Below, piece by piece: positions 27,274 through 30,116 of a stretch of DNA of 30,116 bases (its first letter is position 1; every line of letters starts with the position of its first letter). The DNA lies in the NCBI GenBank assembly GCA_037139415.1, contig JBAXGN010000091.1, positions 1 to 30,116 of the forward strand, written 5' to 3'. The translations under genes and the position numbers were made by a program. This stretch comes from Verrucomicrobiota bacterium (GTDB lineage: Bacteria; Verrucomicrobiota; Verrucomicrobiia; Limisphaerales; Fontisphaeraceae). The notes beneath the pieces were generated by a model. The model had not been told where the DNA came from. It made no database searches and saw nothing but the letters and a program-made list of their open reading frames with translations.

Positions 27274-27623
27274 AAGAGACCGACTGGGATGACGTTTATA
27301 TGAAGCCTAAAAAAATGGTCGTATAATGCCAATAAAATTAGTTTTGTCTGTTTGCCACAGTATCAGTGTTTTTACATTGCTGGGAATCACCCGCTGGGTG
27401 GGAAGGAGGGGCATCGGGATTATTTTAGGTTCGCTATGCACAATAATTGGCCGGTTTTCTGTTTAGCCACCCAAATCTCCGCCCTAATAAAATTCATACT
27501 TGAATCCCCATGGAGGTGGCGTAGGGTAACCCCAAAAAACAGTGAGCCAAAAGCAATGCTCCTTTACCGTAGTGTTAGCGATAGCATGAAACGTTCCAGA
27601 AATTAATAGTTTTATTAGTTTGA

Positions 27624-29018
27624 ATGAAGATCGATCGCCGTATTCGGGATACAGTCCATGGTTTTGTGGCGCTCACCGCCGAGGAATCTGCTCTACTTGA
27701 TACTCCCGCACTTCAGCGGCTGCGTCGTGTTCGCCAGTTAGCTATGGCTTCGCTGGTGTATCCGGGTGCCGTTCATACACGGTTTGACCACACCTTGGGT
27801 GTGTTGCATATTGCTAATATGATGTGCGACCGGTTACAGATTGAAGAGCGCTATTCTCCAACCATTCGCCTCGCTGCCCTGCTTCATGATGTTGGGCATG
27901 GCCCTTTCTCCCATGTCTCCGAATCAGTTCTCAAGATAGTGGCTAGAACCAATCTCGCTAAGTTGGCGAAACAGCAGGATAAAATTCATGAATTGATTAC
28001 TCGTGACATCATTCTTACGCATCAAGGTTTTGATAAAACGCTCACTAAAGGCGAACGCCAAAATATCACCGACCTTCTTAATGATGGACTCAAGGATTCA
28101 GTTCACAAAGCCATCATTTCCGGGCCAGTGGATGCGGATAAGCAAGATTATTTATTGCGCGATAGCCATTATTGCGGCGTGCAATACGGTCGCTTTGATA
28201 TAGCCCATCTTCATAACGTGCTTACGCCAGTCGAAGACGTGGACCAAAAGGTTTTGATGGTCGAGCCATCTGGCATTCATGTGATTGAGCAGTTTGTCCT
28301 CGCCAAGTATTATCTTACTACCCAGGTTTATCGTCATAAGGTTCGCCTGATAACGGACCAGATGCTTACGCGTGCGCTGGTTCTAGGAGTGGTCAAAGAT
28401 CATTTACCGTTCTTGGAAAAGTTGTACGTGTACAAATCCACTCCGGATTATATCGAGAACTATTTGACTTGGGACGATTCACGCCTCACCCAAGAGTTGT
28501 TGAAAGAGGAATACTCAAAAACTAATGCAGGGCAATTTTTTAGGCGTTTGGTCCACCGTCAACTGTATAAGCGCGTCTGCCAAGTTTCCTTGAATGATAT
28601 CTCGGGTAACGCTCAGATTGCCTCAGCCGAGGAATTCCTGAAGAAACGGGGAGAGATGGAAAAGGGGATGGCCGTTTGGTTGAAAGAAAAAATGGGTATT
28701 AAACTCAGCGCTGATCATGTTATTGTCCATCATTATTCCATTGAATCTGCTAGGAAACAATCAAGAAATTCCGAACGCTCTATTCCCATCCATACCTTGC
28801 CTTCCCCGACGATCTTTGAAGATGCTTCAAGTCTCTTTCACTCGATTGATGAAAAAGGGAAGGAAGAATTTGTAGAGTGCTACGCACCATTGGACGGCTT
28901 GTCACGTATAGTGCGCAGTGATATGGAAAACAATGCCAAAAAGTTCCTGGTGCAGCTTTTGGCTGATATTTTCCCGAATAATCACCAAAAATCTAAGAAT
29001 GGAGGAAAATCATCATGA
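27624..29018 (+). CDS. HD-domain dNTP triphosphohydrolase-like protein (dGTPase/SAMHD1 family)
   Basis: 464 aa. IRDTVHGFVALTAEESALLDTPALQRLRRVRQL...HTRFDHTLGV, LLHDVGHGPFSH, DADKQDYLLRDSHYCGVQYGRFD reproduce the three signature blocks of dGTPase/SAMHD1 HD hydrolases. Embedded in a ~47% GC island. Translationally coupled to the next gene. Confidence 0.8.
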   Translation: MKIDRRIRDTVHGFVALTAEESALLDTPALQRLRRVRQLAMASLVYPGAVHTRFDHTLGVLHIANMMCDRLQIEERYSPTIRLAALLHDVGHGPFSHVSESVLKIVARTNLAKLAKQQDKIHELITRDIILTHQGFDKTLTKGERQNITDLLNDGLKDSVHKAIISGPVDADKQDYLLRDSHYCGVQYGRFDIAHLHNVLTPVEDVDQKVLMVEPSGIHVIEQFVLAKYYLTTQVYRHKVRLITDQMLTRALVLGVVKDHLPFLEKLYVYKSTPDYIENYLTWDDSRLTQELLKEEYSKTNAGQFFRRLVHRQLYKRVCQVSLNDISGNAQIASAEEFLKKRGEMEKGMAVWLKEKMGIKLSADHVIVHHYSIESARKQSRNSERSIPIHTLPSPTIFEDASSLFHSIDEKGKEEFVECYAPLDGLSRIVRSDMENNAKKFLVQLLADIFPNNHQKSKNGGKSS

Positions 29019-29584
29019 AAGTTCGTAGTGTTATTTTATTGTCGTTGGATGCCTTTGGCGGAATCGTCTCTGGAAAAACCATGCTCCAGAAACGACTCTT
29101 CTTCATGGCTCAATATTTGAAACAGGAATGGGGATTTAACGCCCACTATTATGGCCCTTATTCCAATCTCATTGCATCAGAGCTGGTTACGCTTAAAGTT
29201 CAGGGCCTTGTTGCTGAATCATGCCTTAGGTACGGTGGAGCCGACAGCAGTGGTTTTGAGAAAAAGCGTTGTGATTACACGCTTACTGAAACAGGGAAGA
29301 ATGCTGTTCAGTGGCTAAAAAAGGAATTCCCGAATGATTCTAATAAGTTACGCCAAATTGCCTTACGGATTGTAGAGGCAGGCGATTTGGGCTATGAGGA
29401 TCTCAGTATTGCAGCTAAAGCGTATTTTATTCTGAAACAATCTGAGTCTGACATGCTTTCAACGGCTGAAATTGCTGACAAGGCGCGCAAATTCTCTTGG
29501 CAGGTGACAGAACCGCAGATTTCAAAAGCCTGTGGTTACCTGGTCTCGTTGGGGCTAGTCAAAGCTCCGAGAAAAGCCGCATGA
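29015..29584 (+). CDS. Panacea (DUF4065/SocA-like) domain protein, putative antitoxin/partner of the HD hydrolase
   Basis: 189 aa. GKTMLQKRLFFMAQYL...HYYGPYS matches the Panacea core (KLQKLLYfaq...w.yGPv). Start overlaps the HD gene stop (ATGA at 29015). Same low GC. Confidence 0.55.
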   Translation: MKVRSVILLSLDAFGGIVSGKTMLQKRLFFMAQYLKQEWGFNAHYYGPYSNLIASELVTLKVQGLVAESCLRYGGADSSGFEKKRCDYTLTETGKNAVQWLKKEFPNDSNKLRQIALRIVEAGDLGYEDLSIAAKAYFILKQSESDMLSTAEIADKARKFSWQVTEPQISKACGYLVSLGLVKAPRKAA

Positions 29585-29755
29585 CATGCTCGCATTTCAT
29601 GGAGGCTGTATCCCTTATCTTTTCATGAAAGACGTTTCCACCTTTTTGGCAAGGGCTCCACACTTTTGGTGGCCGAAGCCACTTGGTCGCTTGGTCGACA
29701 ATAAATATTCCGCGCAAACCGCGTGATGCAAATTCTCGTCGAACTATGAAATGAT

Positions 29756-29995
29756 CCGGTGTTGTCGGCCAATGAGCGGAAGGATTTGATCGAGGACTTG
29801 AACGAGGATGGTCTTTCAGACCCCAAGCATCCGGGGCCACAGGATTTGCCGTTAATTCTGAGCCGGTTGGCCCTGATTGAAACGGTCGCTCCCAATGCCA
29901 TGGATGACATCAATGCCGCCGCCTTCGCCGAGGCATACAAGGACCTCGCCAATATGGCGAACCAACTCTTGCCAGCTCCGAGACCTGGGAAATAA
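29756..29995 (+). CDS. small hypothetical ORF (GTG/TTG start), acidic; weak call
   Basis: 78 aa ORF, higher GC than the adjacent island, no motifs. Confidence 0.15.
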   Translation, partial: PVLSANERKDLIEDLNEDGLSDPKHPGPQDLPLILSRLALIETVAPNAMDDINAAAFAEAYKDLANMANQLLPAPRPGK

Positions 29996-30116
29996 TCCCG
30001 TGAGGCCACCATTCGCCAGCCAGAAAGCTCGCGCCCCGCGACCATCTGGGTGAAAAACACGCTAGCAGGTTGCGGAGTTACCGCAACCTGCCAGTTCGTT
30101 ACTTCAAAAAGCTGAG

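Noticed and set aside
27352-27606. 84 aa ORF in the AT-rich spacer before the HD gene, and the small ORFs 28003-28203 and 28152-28337 inside it
   Set aside because: The AT-rich spacer ORF has no RBS or motif support and is likely a chance ORF. The internal ones are alternative-frame or antisense reads of the HD gene.

Overview
This ~30 kb window is high-GC (roughly 60%) bacterial chromosomal DNA. Its gene content suggests a Verrucomicrobiota- or Planctomycetota-like organism: a long-type PPi-dependent phosphofructokinase, a formylglycine-type sulfatase with a LamG-like tail, and a giant secreted beta-helix plus LamG protein. That taxonomic placement is inference only. The window divides into six parts.

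(1) 0.1-1.9 kb is a small, lower-GC accessory patch. It holds a divergent cyclase-homology-domain protein, a small ORF and a truncated response-regulator receiver remnant.

(2) 2-11.6 kb is housekeeping and regulatory content. It carries pfp with a clear intrinsic terminator, a peptidase-C26/PuuD-like amidohydrolase translationally coupled to an orphan sigma54 (NtrC-family) activator, a two-subunit class I Fe-S fumarate/tartrate hydro-lyase, a frameshifted DUF1015 remnant and the giant secreted protein.

(3) 11.6-20.3 kb is a heavily remodelled restriction-modification-like defence island. A gamma-class N6A methyltransferase and a T5orf172 (GIY-YIG)-SF2 helicase protein were originally coupled through an ATGAGTAA stop/start overlap. 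That M-to-helicase junction has been split by insertion of a DUF1016 PDDEXK nuclease and a class II Fic protein. Each insertion regenerates the junction, giving three copies of the helicase N-terminus. A second, catalytically degenerate methyltransferase fragment is coupled to a RhuM gene, which is itself interrupted by an IS200-like RAYT transposase flanked by inverted REP-like repeats. A solo REP copy and a RhuM fragment lie elsewhere in the island.

(4) 20.4-21.1 kb holds a PIN/antitoxin (VapBC-like) pair.

(5) 21.3-25.3 kb holds an SPFH lipoprotein, a 390 bp unexplained structured non-coding stretch, and two orphan AAA ATPases (AAA_21-like; AAA_14/DUF4143). The second ATPase has a textbook sigma70 promoter, an embedded palindromic operator and an apparently leaderless start.

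(6) 25.3-30 kb holds the sulfatase and then a low-GC (~47%) island. The island encodes a SAMHD1/dGTPase-like HD dNTP triphosphohydrolase translationally coupled to a Panacea (DUF4065)-domain protein. This is the best candidate in the window for an undescribed toxin-antitoxin or antiphage module.

The many long antisense ORFs in the track are GC-driven shadows and are not called.
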